Positions 1-8,768 of a stretch of 64,000 nucleotides of DNA are shown in pieces (position 1 is the stretch's first letter; every line of letters starts with the position of its first letter). Where the stretch lies: NCBI GenBank assembly GCA_963666985.2, contig CAXXIA010000003.1, forward strand, positions 64,001 through 128,000. Direction: 5' to 3'. The translations under genes were made by a program, and so were the position numbers. The notes under the pieces are model-generated. The model made no database searches, was not told the DNA's origin, and worked only from the letters and a program-made list of their open reading frames with translations. Origin of the DNA: Spirochaetia bacterium (GTDB taxonomy: Bacteria > Spirochaetota > Spirochaetia > DSM-2461).

Positions 1-1233
1 AATTGGGGAGGACTCTATCGGGACGTTTCCATCCTTCGCGTACCGGCGGTTTTCATCCGCGATTTTCGCCTTTCCCTCGCTCCCGGCGGCGGATATGATG
101 CTCTGGCCGTTCGCTGTGTGCTCTCCGAACCGGTCAACGGCGCCGCCGTCCTCTCCATACCCGATTTGGACATCAAGACAGAAATCCCCGTAAAAGATGG
201 TTTGGGAGAACTGATTATTCCGGCTCAGCCGACACTCTGGGAACCGGAAAATCCGCGGCTTTACGAAGTCTCCCTGACTTACGGCGGCGACAGGGTGGAA
301 GATTTGGTGGGTTTCCGGGATATCCGCGTAGAGGGCCGTCAAATTCTGCTCAACGGCCGTGAGATTTTTTTGAGAGGCATCAGTGTTCATGAAGACGATG
401 CCCGAAACGGAAAGATGCTCACGGAGGAAGATCTGGACCGCCGTTTCCGCCATGCCCGGGAACTCGGGGTAAACTTCATGAGGCTGGCCCATTACCCGCA
501 CGATGAACGTGTGGCCCGGCGAGCCGACCGGGAAGGGATTCTCCTCTGGGAGGAGATTCCCGTGTACTGGGCCATCGATTTCGCCAATCCGGTTACCTAT
601 AGCGACGCCGAGAACCAGCTTACCGAACTGATTCTCCGGGATGGAAATCGGGCGAGCGTGATTATCTGGTCGGTGGGAAATGAGAATCAGGACACGGATG
701 AACGGCTTTCTTTCATGAGCCGGCTGGCCGACCGAGCTCGGGAACTGGACGGTACACGGCTGATAACGGCCGCCTGCCTGGTGAATCATGAAAAGAACCG
801 TATTGAGGATCGGCTCGCCGCCTGTTTGGATGTAATCGGCCTGAACGAATACGTAGGCTGGTATGTTCCCGACTTCGCCGAACTTGAGGCCCTTGTTCGA
901 AATTCAAACCCTGATCGTCCGGTCATCATCTCCGAATTCGGCGCCGGTGCCGAAGCAGGATTTCACGGAGAGGACAACCGAATGTTCACCGAGGAATATC
1001 AGGATCTGGTATACGCCCGGCAGATCGAGACCATCGCCCGACTGGAATACATCCGCGGCATGACGCCCTGGATTCTCTATGACTTCACCTGTCCCCGGCG
1101 GCAGAATCGCCATCAGCGCGGCTACAACCGCAAGGGACTCATCGCCGAGGACAAAGAGACGAAAAAGCTGGCTTTCAAGCGCCTCGCCGAGTTCTATCAC
1201 ACGCCGGCGAAAAACAATCTCAGCCGAGGGTAA
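1..1233 (+). CDS. GH2 beta-glucuronidase/beta-galactosidase family glycoside hydrolase (5' end outside window)
   Basis: Frame is open from base 1 (NWGGLYRDV, a GH2 motif). Contains NFMRLAHYPHDE, the acid/base motif WSVGNE, the nucleophile region IISEFGA, and YNRKGL typical of beta-glucuronidases. Confidence 0.9.
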   Translation, partial: NWGGLYRDVSILRVPAVFIRDFRLSLAPGGGYDALAVRCVLSEPVNGAAVLSIPDLDIKTEIPVKDGLGELIIPAQPTLWEPENPRLYEVSLTYGGDRVEDLVGFRDIRVEGRQILLNGREIFLRGISVHEDDARNGKMLTEEDLDRRFRHARELGVNFMRLAHYPHDERVARRADREGILLWEEIPVYWAIDFANPVTYSDAENQLTELILRDGNRASVIIWSVGNENQDTDERLSFMSRLADRARELDGTRLITAACLVNHEKNRIEDRLAACLDVIGLNEYVGWYVPDFAELEALVRNSNPDRPVIISEFGAGAEAGFHGEDNRMFTEEYQDLVYARQIETIARLEYIRGMTPWILYDFTCPRRQNRHQRGYNRKGLIAEDKETKKLAFKRLAEFYHTPAKNNLSRG

Positions 1234-3340
1234 ATTCGAAATGCCCACTCTTCAACGGGCCGTTTGCCTCAAGGAGAATCCTGTAAAGAACAGGGGGCCA
1301 GGCCTGACGAAGCCTGGAATCGGTAACGGGGATCTCTTCCACCCGAATGGTGAATCCGTCGGGAACACCAAGGGGAAGCCCCGCGGGCTTGCCCCGGTGG
1401 TCTTTTGCCGCACGGCCGCCTTCATCTTCGCCCGTTACGGATCCGTTTCCCGCGAGGCCGTCCTCAAATCGGCCCTCACCAGGCCCATCAAAGAGCAGCA
1501 AACCTCCATCCTCGTTTTCAAGGGGCCGCCAGGGGGTCATCAGAATAAAAACCACAGAGGAAGAGTTCTCCAAAGTAAAGTCCTCGCGCACCGTCACCCG
1601 GCCGCCTCCCGCCCGATCCAGTCGAATCAGGCGGTTCCAGGAACGGATTCCCGCTTCCTTGGGATAAGCCCCGCCGATGTCCAGAGACAGTTCGGCAAAG
1701 TCCTCTTCCAGTCGGCAGACCACATTTTCGGCCCCGGATTCCCGGCCGGGCGACTGACCCAATCCCCCGATTATGGGCAGATTGTGATACTCGGAACGCA
1801 TGGTCCAAAGGGAATAGCGCTCAGGACCGAAGGTTTTGGCCGTGTATGTTTCAACACCTATGTCGATAAGCACCGGTTCTCCTGCGTGATAAACCAGAAA
1901 CGATCCGACATCGTTGTGATTATGATTTTCCCCGTTGTGCCCTCCCTTGGCGGCCAGAAAAAAACCTTCATGGGAACTCTCGGAAGTCCGGGCGCACATC
2001 ACCTGAATGTCTCCGAGCCAGCTCTGAAGAATCTCCGGAATCTCGGCGGTACACCGAACGCCGAACAAATCGTGCGGGGAACATCCCCTCCGGGGCCGGG
2101 GCAGAGCAGCGATTATTCCAACCGGCTCCTTTTCGCTCCCCTCCCCGCTCTCATTCCGGGCCGTCGCGCCGAAACTTCCGTCGGGAAACCTCGATTCCGC
2201 CGCCGAATCGCTCATGCGATGAAGCTTCCGAAAAAAACTTTCCGGAACATCTTCCGCCGCATCGGGAGCTCGGCCCTGACGCCGCGCCAGATTCACACCG
2301 AAGGCTTCCAATCCGCTGTCCTTAATCCGCACACCCCAGCGCCGGATAAGATCACCCGGGATGTAGGGAACAATCGCCGAGCCGTCGGCGAAATTGACAT
2401 AAAAATCACCGGCGATATGAACCTTCCGAATGTAGCGGCCCATTTCGGCGATAAGAGGTTCGTCATAGGCCGAGATTCGGCCTCCCGACATTTCAAAAAG
2501 AATCTCCAAGGCATCGAAGAGGGCCGCTCCGGCCTTAGTCCAGTAAGCCGCGCCTTCGTCGCAGCCTCCGTCCTCACCGTATTCCGCCAAGAACCTGTCC
2601 AGAAGTCGACAGGACTTAAGGGCGAGGGAGGAACGTTCGGCGTCGAATTCCTCCAGGAGAGCCGCCGTAATCAAAACATTGGACACAATCCAGGGATTCC
2701 AGTTGTTCACCCTCTGTCCCGGAGCCAAGTTTTCGCCCATCCACCAAAAATCAGTCCGCTCCAAAAAAGGCATGACGATCCGGTAACGGAGCTCCCGGAG
2801 AACCCGCCTGGCCGTCAAAGGACTTTCTTTTTCCAGAGAGGGACCGGCGAGGCGAAGAGCCCAGGCCAAAAGGGCGGCTGTTTCCGCGGCGAACAAATCA
2901 AGCACGGGCTCATCAACATCGCAGAGATCCGGAGCCGCGATGCCGGACACGGCATTATGGGCGCTCAATCCCCAGAAACTCTCCTCGCAGATGGTCCAAA
3001 GCGCATCAAGGAGCAAGCCCGCGGCAGGCGTAACGGACGGACTGAAAAGATGATCCGTCAGGATATCGCCCAAAAGCTTACGCCTCTCGAAATGGATTTT
3101 TTCGTACCCCGAACGGTCACCGTCCGTTCGAAAACGGCGGAAAAGGGACGCCGTCAAAGGCGGCCAAGAGTAATCTGCCCATCGCCGGGAAAATCCGGCT
3201 CCGCCGGCCGCTCGGGCCGCCTTCGTCCAGAACTCCCGGTTCGAAACGTCGGGGAAAAAATCCACAGGCCGGGCAAAAAGATCCGGCCGTGCCTTCAAAG
3301 CACCGACGCAGCGTTCCTCCAGGCTTATCTTCAACGACAT
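1220..3340 (-). CDS. Heparinase II/III family (polysaccharide lyase-like) protein
   Basis: 706 aa; NNWNPWI, DGGCDEG..YW, KGGHNGENHNHNDVGSF, D.G...Y and HN motifs of the heparinase II/III family; no obvious signal peptide. Confidence 0.85.
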   Translation of the reverse strand: MSLKISLEERCVGALKARPDLFARPVDFFPDVSNREFWTKAARAAGGAGFSRRWADYSWPPLTASLFRRFRTDGDRSGYEKIHFERRKLLGDILTDHLFSPSVTPAAGLLLDALWTICEESFWGLSAHNAVSGIAAPDLCDVDEPVLDLFAAETAALLAWALRLAGPSLEKESPLTARRVLRELRYRIVMPFLERTDFWWMGENLAPGQRVNNWNPWIVSNVLITAALLEEFDAERSSLALKSCRLLDRFLAEYGEDGGCDEGAAYWTKAGAALFDALEILFEMSGGRISAYDEPLIAEMGRYIRKVHIAGDFYVNFADGSAIVPYIPGDLIRRWGVRIKDSGLEAFGVNLARRQGRAPDAAEDVPESFFRKLHRMSDSAAESRFPDGSFGATARNESGEGSEKEPVGIIAALPRPRRGCSPHDLFGVRCTAEIPEILQSWLGDIQVMCARTSESSHEGFFLAAKGGHNGENHNHNDVGSFLVYHAGEPVLIDIGVETYTAKTFGPERYSLWTMRSEYHNLPIIGGLGQSPGRESGAENVVCRLEEDFAELSLDIGGAYPKEAGIRSWNRLIRLDRAGGGRVTVREDFTLENSSSVVFILMTPWRPLENEDGGLLLFDGPGEGRFEDGLAGNGSVTGEDEGGRAAKDHRGKPAGLPLGVPDGFTIRVEEIPVTDSRLRQAWPPVLYRILLEANGPLKSGHFEFTLG

Positions 3341-3399
3341 GCACGCCCCCTTGAGGCAAATCCGTCCATGAGAGACATTCTACAACAAGGAGTCCCGAT

Positions 3400-4554
3400 A
3401 TGAATCGCCAAGCCGATCCAATCACCCGTTCCATGGAAACTTATCAAAAAGAAATCGCCTTCGCCGCGGCTAAAATCAAAACCTTCATCCCTCATTTCGC
3501 CGAGAACTTTCCCGGACCTTCCAGCGTCGGCGGAATATACCCTATTCGGCCCAACGAAGATTGGACCTCATCGTTCTGGACGGGGATGCTTTGGCTGTGC
3601 TGGGAAGCCACCGGCGATGACGATTTCCGCCGGGCCGCAGAAGCCCAGCTTCCCTCGTTCTACCGCCGCGCCTACGAACGGCTTCACACCGACACGCACG
3701 ATTTGGGATTCCTTTACACCCTTTCCTGCGTCGCCGCGTGGAAACTCACCGGCAACCAAGAAGCCCGAAATGCCGCCCTTGCCGCCGCGGATCTCTTGAT
3801 GGAACGCTTCCTCCCGGCCGCCGGAATTATCCAGGCTTGGGGGAATCTGAACGATCCGGCCAATCGCGGCCGGATGATCGTCGACTGCACCATGAATCTG
3901 CCCCTGCTCCACTGGGCCTCCGATGAAACAGGTAAACCGACCTACAGAGATGCGGCAATAAGTCATATGGACCGGACACTGGAGCATATCTTTCGGGACG
4001 ATCATACAACCTTCCATACCTTCTTTATGAACCCCGAAACCGGTGCGCCCCTTCACGGAACAACCGCTCAAGGGTATGCCGACGACTCCTGCTGGGCGCG
4101 CGGACAGGCATGGGCCATGTACGGCCTGCCCTTGGGCTACCGCCATACACACAACCCCAATCTCCTGCACCGGGCCGCCGAGGCAAGCGGCTATTTTCTG
4201 GAGCATCTTCCCGCGGATGGGGTGTGCTTTTGGGATTTAATCTTTACTTCAGACAATGAAAAGCGGGACAGTTCGGCGGCGGCCATCGCCGTCTGCGGAC
4301 TTCTGGAGCATGCATCCCATCTTCCGCCGGCCCATCCCCGGCACCGGCTCTACGAAGATGCCGCAATGAGAATGATGAACGCCCTCATCGGCGGCTATGT
4401 CAACCGCACTCGGGAAGAATCCAGCGGGCTCCTTACCGAGGCGGTCTACGATATGCCGAAAAACGTGGGTGTGGGCGAATCCTGCATCTGGGGCGACTAC
4501 TTTTACCTTGAAGCTCTGGTTCGGATGGTACGGGACTGGCGGCCCTACTGGTAA
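3400..4554 (+). CDS. GH88 unsaturated glucuronyl hydrolase
   Basis: DWTSSFWTG, HDLGFLY, MIVDCTMN, WARGQAW, DSSAAAI and WGDYFYLEAL motifs; AAGGAG RBS upstream. Confidence 0.92.
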   Translation: MNRQADPITRSMETYQKEIAFAAAKIKTFIPHFAENFPGPSSVGGIYPIRPNEDWTSSFWTGMLWLCWEATGDDDFRRAAEAQLPSFYRRAYERLHTDTHDLGFLYTLSCVAAWKLTGNQEARNAALAAADLLMERFLPAAGIIQAWGNLNDPANRGRMIVDCTMNLPLLHWASDETGKPTYRDAAISHMDRTLEHIFRDDHTTFHTFFMNPETGAPLHGTTAQGYADDSCWARGQAWAMYGLPLGYRHTHNPNLLHRAAEASGYFLEHLPADGVCFWDLIFTSDNEKRDSSAAAIAVCGLLEHASHLPPAHPRHRLYEDAAMRMMNALIGGYVNRTREESSGLLTEAVYDMPKNVGVGESCIWGDYFYLEALVRMVRDWRPYW

Positions 4555-4706
4555 AAATCCCGATTAAACCAAGACCACAGTTAATGAACTTACGCCAGCC
4601 TGCTCCGGCGAACACGATAACAAGGAACATATAAAAACCCTCCCCTCTATGAAGTTTTTCCATCCGGCCGAAACCGTTAGACGAAAAAAGAGACTTCTCC
4701 GTCTTT

Positions 4707-5372
4707 ATGGGTATGGAGGAAAACATGATTCAGGAAAGGACATTATTCGATTTCGGATATTCGTACGCGGACTTTTGTAAAACGGATCAAATCGGCCCGA
4801 TTAAGGCCCTATTTTATAAACCCCTATTGCGTTATTCGACCTTCCCGCGCCTTTACGGAGCCTCTTGGGACCATCACAGATATTTCTTGAAATTTCTCTA
4901 TGCGGACATCCATGGACGCACCGTTCTGGAACTCGGCGCCGAATCCGGCGAAACAGCGGACTTACTCTCCCCGGATAACGCCTATATTTGCGTCGATCGA
5001 TCTTCATCCCTGCTTTCCGCCGCGGCCGCCAGATTTCGGCACGCCGATTTCCCGGAACCCCGATTCATCCGAGGATCGGCTGAAGATCTGATATTCCGCG
5101 AAGAATCATTCGATTTCATACTCTGCAACCCCAACGGACTCCACACGAATTATTTAATGGCGGCCATAAGAGAAGCCTCGCGAGTGCTGAAAGACGGCGG
5201 GAAGCTTATCGGATACCTCCCGCAGCGGGGATACGCCGAAAAGAAACTCCCGGACAATCTTCGTTCCAATGAAGAACTCGGCATTATGTTTAAACACTGC
5301 GGATTTTCATACACTCCTTTGGAATTCGAAAACGGATCTCTGCTGTACTTCACGGCCGAAAAACGCCGTTGA
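4707..5372 (+). CDS. Class I SAM-dependent methyltransferase
   Basis: VLELGAESG motif I, VDRS acidic motif, FREESFDFILC, RVLKDGG. Confidence 0.8.
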   Translation: MGMEENMIQERTLFDFGYSYADFCKTDQIGPIKALFYKPLLRYSTFPRLYGASWDHHRYFLKFLYADIHGRTVLELGAESGETADLLSPDNAYICVDRSSSLLSAAAARFRHADFPEPRFIRGSAEDLIFREESFDFILCNPNGLHTNYLMAAIREASRVLKDGGKLIGYLPQRGYAEKKLPDNLRSNEELGIMFKHCGFSYTPLEFENGSLLYFTAEKRR

Positions 5373-5461
5373 AAGCGGTATGAACCGAAAACAGCCGGCA
5401 AGAAAGCCGGCTCGAAGGGATGAGCTTCATCAAGAGGGAACACAAACTCCGGCTGCCGCGT

Positions 5462-5531
5462 CCGCATAAGTCCCGCATAAGTCCCGCATAAGTCCCGCAT
5501 AAGTCCCGCATAAGTCCCGCATAAGTCCCGC
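5462..5531. repeat. Tandem repeat, about 6 copies of an 11-bp unit (CCCGCATAAGT)
   Basis: Directly visible; intergenic between two convergent methyltransferase genes. Confidence 0.9.
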
Positions 5532-5641
5532 GTATCGAACCGACGTTATTCACGGGCGCTAAGGCCTGCCGCCTGTGATGCACATCCTTAACAGTCGAGC
5601 CGAAACAGACCCTTTTGCCGAATCTCCGCCCGCCCTTTGTA

Positions 5642-6304
5642 CTACAAAGATTTCCCGGCTCTCATGGATAAACCGAAGGCACTGCTTACAACCCGAAAAT
5701 CATCGAAAGCACTTTGCTCCATCAATTGCGTCAGTTCATCGGCAAGATATGCGGCATGAACGGAACTGACCAGACCGGCCTTCATGTCGGCCCCTTTCGT
5801 CAGCATCCGCATCATCATCAAAATCAGCGGATTCAGATTTCGCTTCAAATCGCTGATGAAAAGCCGGCCGCCCGGCCTCAAGACACGATGAGCTTCCGCA
5901 ATAACGGCCAGGGGATTTTCCCATTCATGAAGCGATCCGTTGGAAAAAACCGCATCCACCGACGAATCGGCCACAGGCATCTTCATTCCGTTCCCGCGCC
6001 GGTATTCGGCCCTGTCCTCAAATCCGTACTCAGACCGATTCTTTTCGGCCATCCGGATCATCTCGGGACTGATTTCCACCCCGATAAGCCGGGTTCCTTC
6101 GGTTGATGAAAGCCATTCCAGCCCGAGGTAACCGGGCCCCGGACCAACCTCAACAGCCGTTCCGAAATCAATACCGAATTGAATAATATCCCGTGTCTCA
6201 AGGATGCCCCTGTCGCGAAATCCTCTCTGCATTCCGTCAAACTGCTCAACCGTAACAGCGTCCTGAATGCCTTCATTCGTCTCAATAACCCTTTCTTTTG
6301 TCAT
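5642..6304 (-). CDS. Class I SAM-dependent methyltransferase (UbiE/Methyltransf_11-like)
   Basis: VEVGPGPG motif I, GVEISPEM, SVDAVFSNGSLHEW, RVLRPGG; GGAGG RBS. Confidence 0.85.
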   Translation of the reverse strand: MTKERVIETNEGIQDAVTVEQFDGMQRGFRDRGILETRDIIQFGIDFGTAVEVGPGPGYLGLEWLSSTEGTRLIGVEISPEMIRMAEKNRSEYGFEDRAEYRRGNGMKMPVADSSVDAVFSNGSLHEWENPLAVIAEAHRVLRPGGRLFISDLKRNLNPLILMMMRMLTKGADMKAGLVSSVHAAYLADELTQLMEQSAFDDFRVVSSAFGLSMRAGKSL

Positions 6305-6326
6305 AATGCCCTCCGCTAAACCTTAT

Positions 6327-6344
6327 ATATACAACCTTGTATAT
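6327..6344. promoter_or_regulatory. Palindromic operator ATATACAA-CC-TTGTATAT (copy 1), putative PadR site
   Basis: Perfect 8-2-8 inverted repeat about 22 bp upstream of the methyltransferase start; identical copy at 6925-6942. Confidence 0.75.
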
Positions 6345-6359
6345 CACGCTAAAAAAAAT

Positions 6360-6902
6360 TCATTTCGGATATCTTCCGGATGAAACGGCTTCTTCCACTT
6401 CCCGCAGCCATGCCAATTCCGCCTCGATATGATGGCGGCTATGAGAAAAAATGGCGGCCGCTTCCGGCGGAACATGAGGATTCTCCACGGTAACGCTCTC
6501 ATGAGCCTTCAAGTGCTTCAGGCTTTTTTCATATTCGGTAATCCGTTCTCGAATCAGCGGAAGCCTCTTTTCAGCAGGAAGCTCCCTTAAAAAGAACAAG
6601 CCGATATCCAGCGGATAATAATCGCGCGTCATAGAAGCCCAAAGATTTTCAAGGAGAACTAAAAACTCCTTTCTGCCGCGCTCGGTTACCTCATAAATTC
6701 TTCGCGACGGCCGGTTGCCTTCCCTCTCCTCGCCAACCTGAGCCACAAGCCCTTCTTCGGTGAGCTGCTTCAAAGCAAAATAAATGGAACCGAAGGCAAT
6801 GTTCGTCCAGTCGCCCATATGATCCTCGATGATATGCTTGAGTTCATATCCATAAAGAGGTTTATCCCTGAGAAGACCGAGGATAACCAGGCGGGTCGAC
6901 AT
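6360..6902 (-). CDS. PadR family transcriptional regulator
   Basis: MSTRLVILGLL...YGYEL...GSIYFAL...RRIYEVTERG winged helix; GAAGGAG RBS before the ATG at 6902. Confidence 0.92.
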   Translation of the reverse strand: MSTRLVILGLLRDKPLYGYELKHIIEDHMGDWTNIAFGSIYFALKQLTEEGLVAQVGEEREGNRPSRRIYEVTERGRKEFLVLLENLWASMTRDYYPLDIGLFFLRELPAEKRLPLIRERITEYEKSLKHLKAHESVTVENPHVPPEAAAIFSHSRHHIEAELAWLREVEEAVSSGRYPK

Positions 6903-6924
6903 TGCATTATCTCCTTCAGCACCA

Positions 6925-6942
6925 ATATACAACCTTGTATAT
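6925..6942. promoter_or_regulatory. Palindromic operator ATATACAA-CC-TTGTATAT (copy 2), putative PadR autoregulatory site
   Basis: Identical to 6327-6344; about 22 bp upstream of the padR start. Confidence 0.75.
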
Positions 6943-7121
6943 TCATAATCAAGCCCATACCGGATTTTTGAAGCTTATCCGGCTCTCCGCTCAAACAGCC
7001 TTCTCCCTCCGGCCTTATCCGGCTTCGTTCCTCCGCTCCGCCGGGGCCGTTCGGGCTGTAACCGCTGCGATCCGGGCTAGGGGAAACATCCAAAACTCGG
7101 AACACTGTTTTCAGCGGCACG

Positions 7122-8009
7122 TTAAAGAAGCGCTTCCACCTCGGAAAGAAACGGAATCCCCGTCATGGCGCCGGCTCGGGTTACCGCGATGGAACCGGCC
7201 GCACAGGCGCGCCGCAAACAGGCCTCCGCATCCATCCCCGCCATCTCCCCGGCGAGAAAATATCCCATGAACGTATCTCCGGCCCCGGTGGTGTCGACGA
7301 TAGGCCCCACATCCGGGAAAGAAGATCTGATCAAACCCGAATCGTCCGCCCGGACGGCGCCCTTTTTGCCCAGAGTCATCACCACCACCGTATTCGGATA
7401 CCGGCGGCGAAGTTCTGCAACCACATCCTCATCCGACGCATCGAGTCCCGAAAGCTCACGGCCTTCAATTTCATTCACAACCAGCCAAGAAAGACTCTCA
7501 AGAGGAAGCTTCTTCACTTCCGGCCCCATCGGCGCGGGATTCATCGCAATCTTCAGCCCGGCATCAAAAGCGGCCTTCATGAGATCTTCCGTCCTGTTAA
7601 TCTCGTTCTGCAAAAGCAGAATGTCACCTTTTTCCGCATCGCCGAGGAATCGGGTAATATCGTGTTCGTTCCAGTCTCTGTTGGCGCCGCCGAAAAGGAC
7701 AATGGCGTTCTCCCCGTCTTCGGCCACCTGGATCACCGCATGACCCGTCGGGACATCACCGACCGCGATGCCGGAAACATCAACACCGTCGGCCGCCAGT
7801 CCGGCCTTAAGGAACTCTCCGTCCTCGCCTATCTTGCCGACATGACGAACGGGAGCGCCGGCGCGCGCCAAAGCCGCCGACTGATTCAGGCCCTTCCCGC
7901 CCGCGAACCGTTCGAGAATCCGGCTCGGAATGGTTTCTCCCGGCCGAACGATATGATCCGTGCGAAAAACATCATCGATATTCAGTGAACCCGCATTATG
8001 TATCTTCAT
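7122..8009 (-). CDS. rbsK: Ribokinase (PfkB family)
   Basis: GSLNID, GGKGLNQ, LLQNE, NPAP, VNEIE and DTTGAGDTF signatures. Confidence 0.88.
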   Translation of the reverse strand: MKIHNAGSLNIDDVFRTDHIVRPGETIPSRILERFAGGKGLNQSAALARAGAPVRHVGKIGEDGEFLKAGLAADGVDVSGIAVGDVPTGHAVIQVAEDGENAIVLFGGANRDWNEHDITRFLGDAEKGDILLLQNEINRTEDLMKAAFDAGLKIAMNPAPMGPEVKKLPLESLSWLVVNEIEGRELSGLDASDEDVVAELRRRYPNTVVVMTLGKKGAVRADDSGLIRSSFPDVGPIVDTTGAGDTFMGYFLAGEMAGMDAEACLRRACAAGSIAVTRAGAMTGIPFLSEVEALL

Positions 8010-8092
8010 AGTTCTCCCAATTCCTTGCGAAAAAATACCATGCATTGTTCGAAGCCGCCACCGCAACATCGACTCTGCGATAGAATAACCGT

Positions 8093-8629
8093 ATGAACTA
8101 TTGCCGAAAAATCAGCCTTTTAGCTGTGGTCGCGCTCATCGCCGCTGTGTTAATCCCGACCGGATGCTCAACGGCCCTCGGCTTTATGGGAACGCCCAAA
8201 ACCGTTAAAGGCACCCATATTGAACTCATCGACTCGGAACGGGGCATCGAATACAAAACCCTTATCGGCGGCACCGAAACGGCTCAAATCTTCGCCGTTC
8301 TCGACGAGAACGGATCGTACCGGATTGATTTTATCTATACGGACACCCGCCGGCTGAATATTGAAGCCGTCTTTCTCGAAACCGAAAATCTTATCGAACG
8401 AATCGACGTACCGAATCCCCTCATTGAGAATCCAACCGACGGGGAAACAGTTGAAACCGGATCCGCTTACATCCGAAAATCCGTCCTGGAAACGATGATC
8501 GAAACGGCGGTTCCGACGATTTACCTGAAAGGCCGAAATGGAACGGTTATCCTCGAAATGGGCGTAAACGGAAAAAGCCGGCTGAAGGAATTGATCGAGT
8601 TCGGGAATGACAGATTTCCCGGCGATTAA
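8093..8629 (+). CDS. Hypothetical lipoprotein
   Basis: Basic N-terminus, hydrophobic stretch and lipobox-like LIPTGC; 178 aa. Confidence 0.65.
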   Translation: MNYCRKISLLAVVALIAAVLIPTGCSTALGFMGTPKTVKGTHIELIDSERGIEYKTLIGGTETAQIFAVLDENGSYRIDFIYTDTRRLNIEAVFLETENLIERIDVPNPLIENPTDGETVETGSAYIRKSVLETMIETAVPTIYLKGRNGTVILEMGVNGKSRLKELIEFGNDRFPGD

Positions 8630-8675
8630 ACCTTTCGATTTCGGAAATACTCCCTCAGCCGTTCCATAAGAATTT

Positions 8676-8720
8676 AACAGGGCGCCTCAAGACGAAACAA
8701 TCATCTCAAGACACCCTGTT
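8676..8720 (-). terminator. Stem-loop between the convergent lipoprotein and MCP genes
   Basis: On the minus strand AACAGGGTGTCTTGAGA pairs with TCTTGAGGCGCCCTGTT (17 bp including G-U pairs); no clear U-tract. Confidence 0.45.
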
Positions 8721-8768
8721 CCTCATAGGATCTTTTCAAAACCGAAAAAGACGGCGGACAGTCTCCGC

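Noticed and set aside
1079..3403. 774-aa plus-strand ORF
   Set aside because: Antisense shadow of the heparinase-like gene; no recognisable motifs, as expected in GC-rich coding DNA.
5462..5531. Possible CRISPR array
   Set aside because: Contiguous 11-bp units with no spacers and no cas genes.
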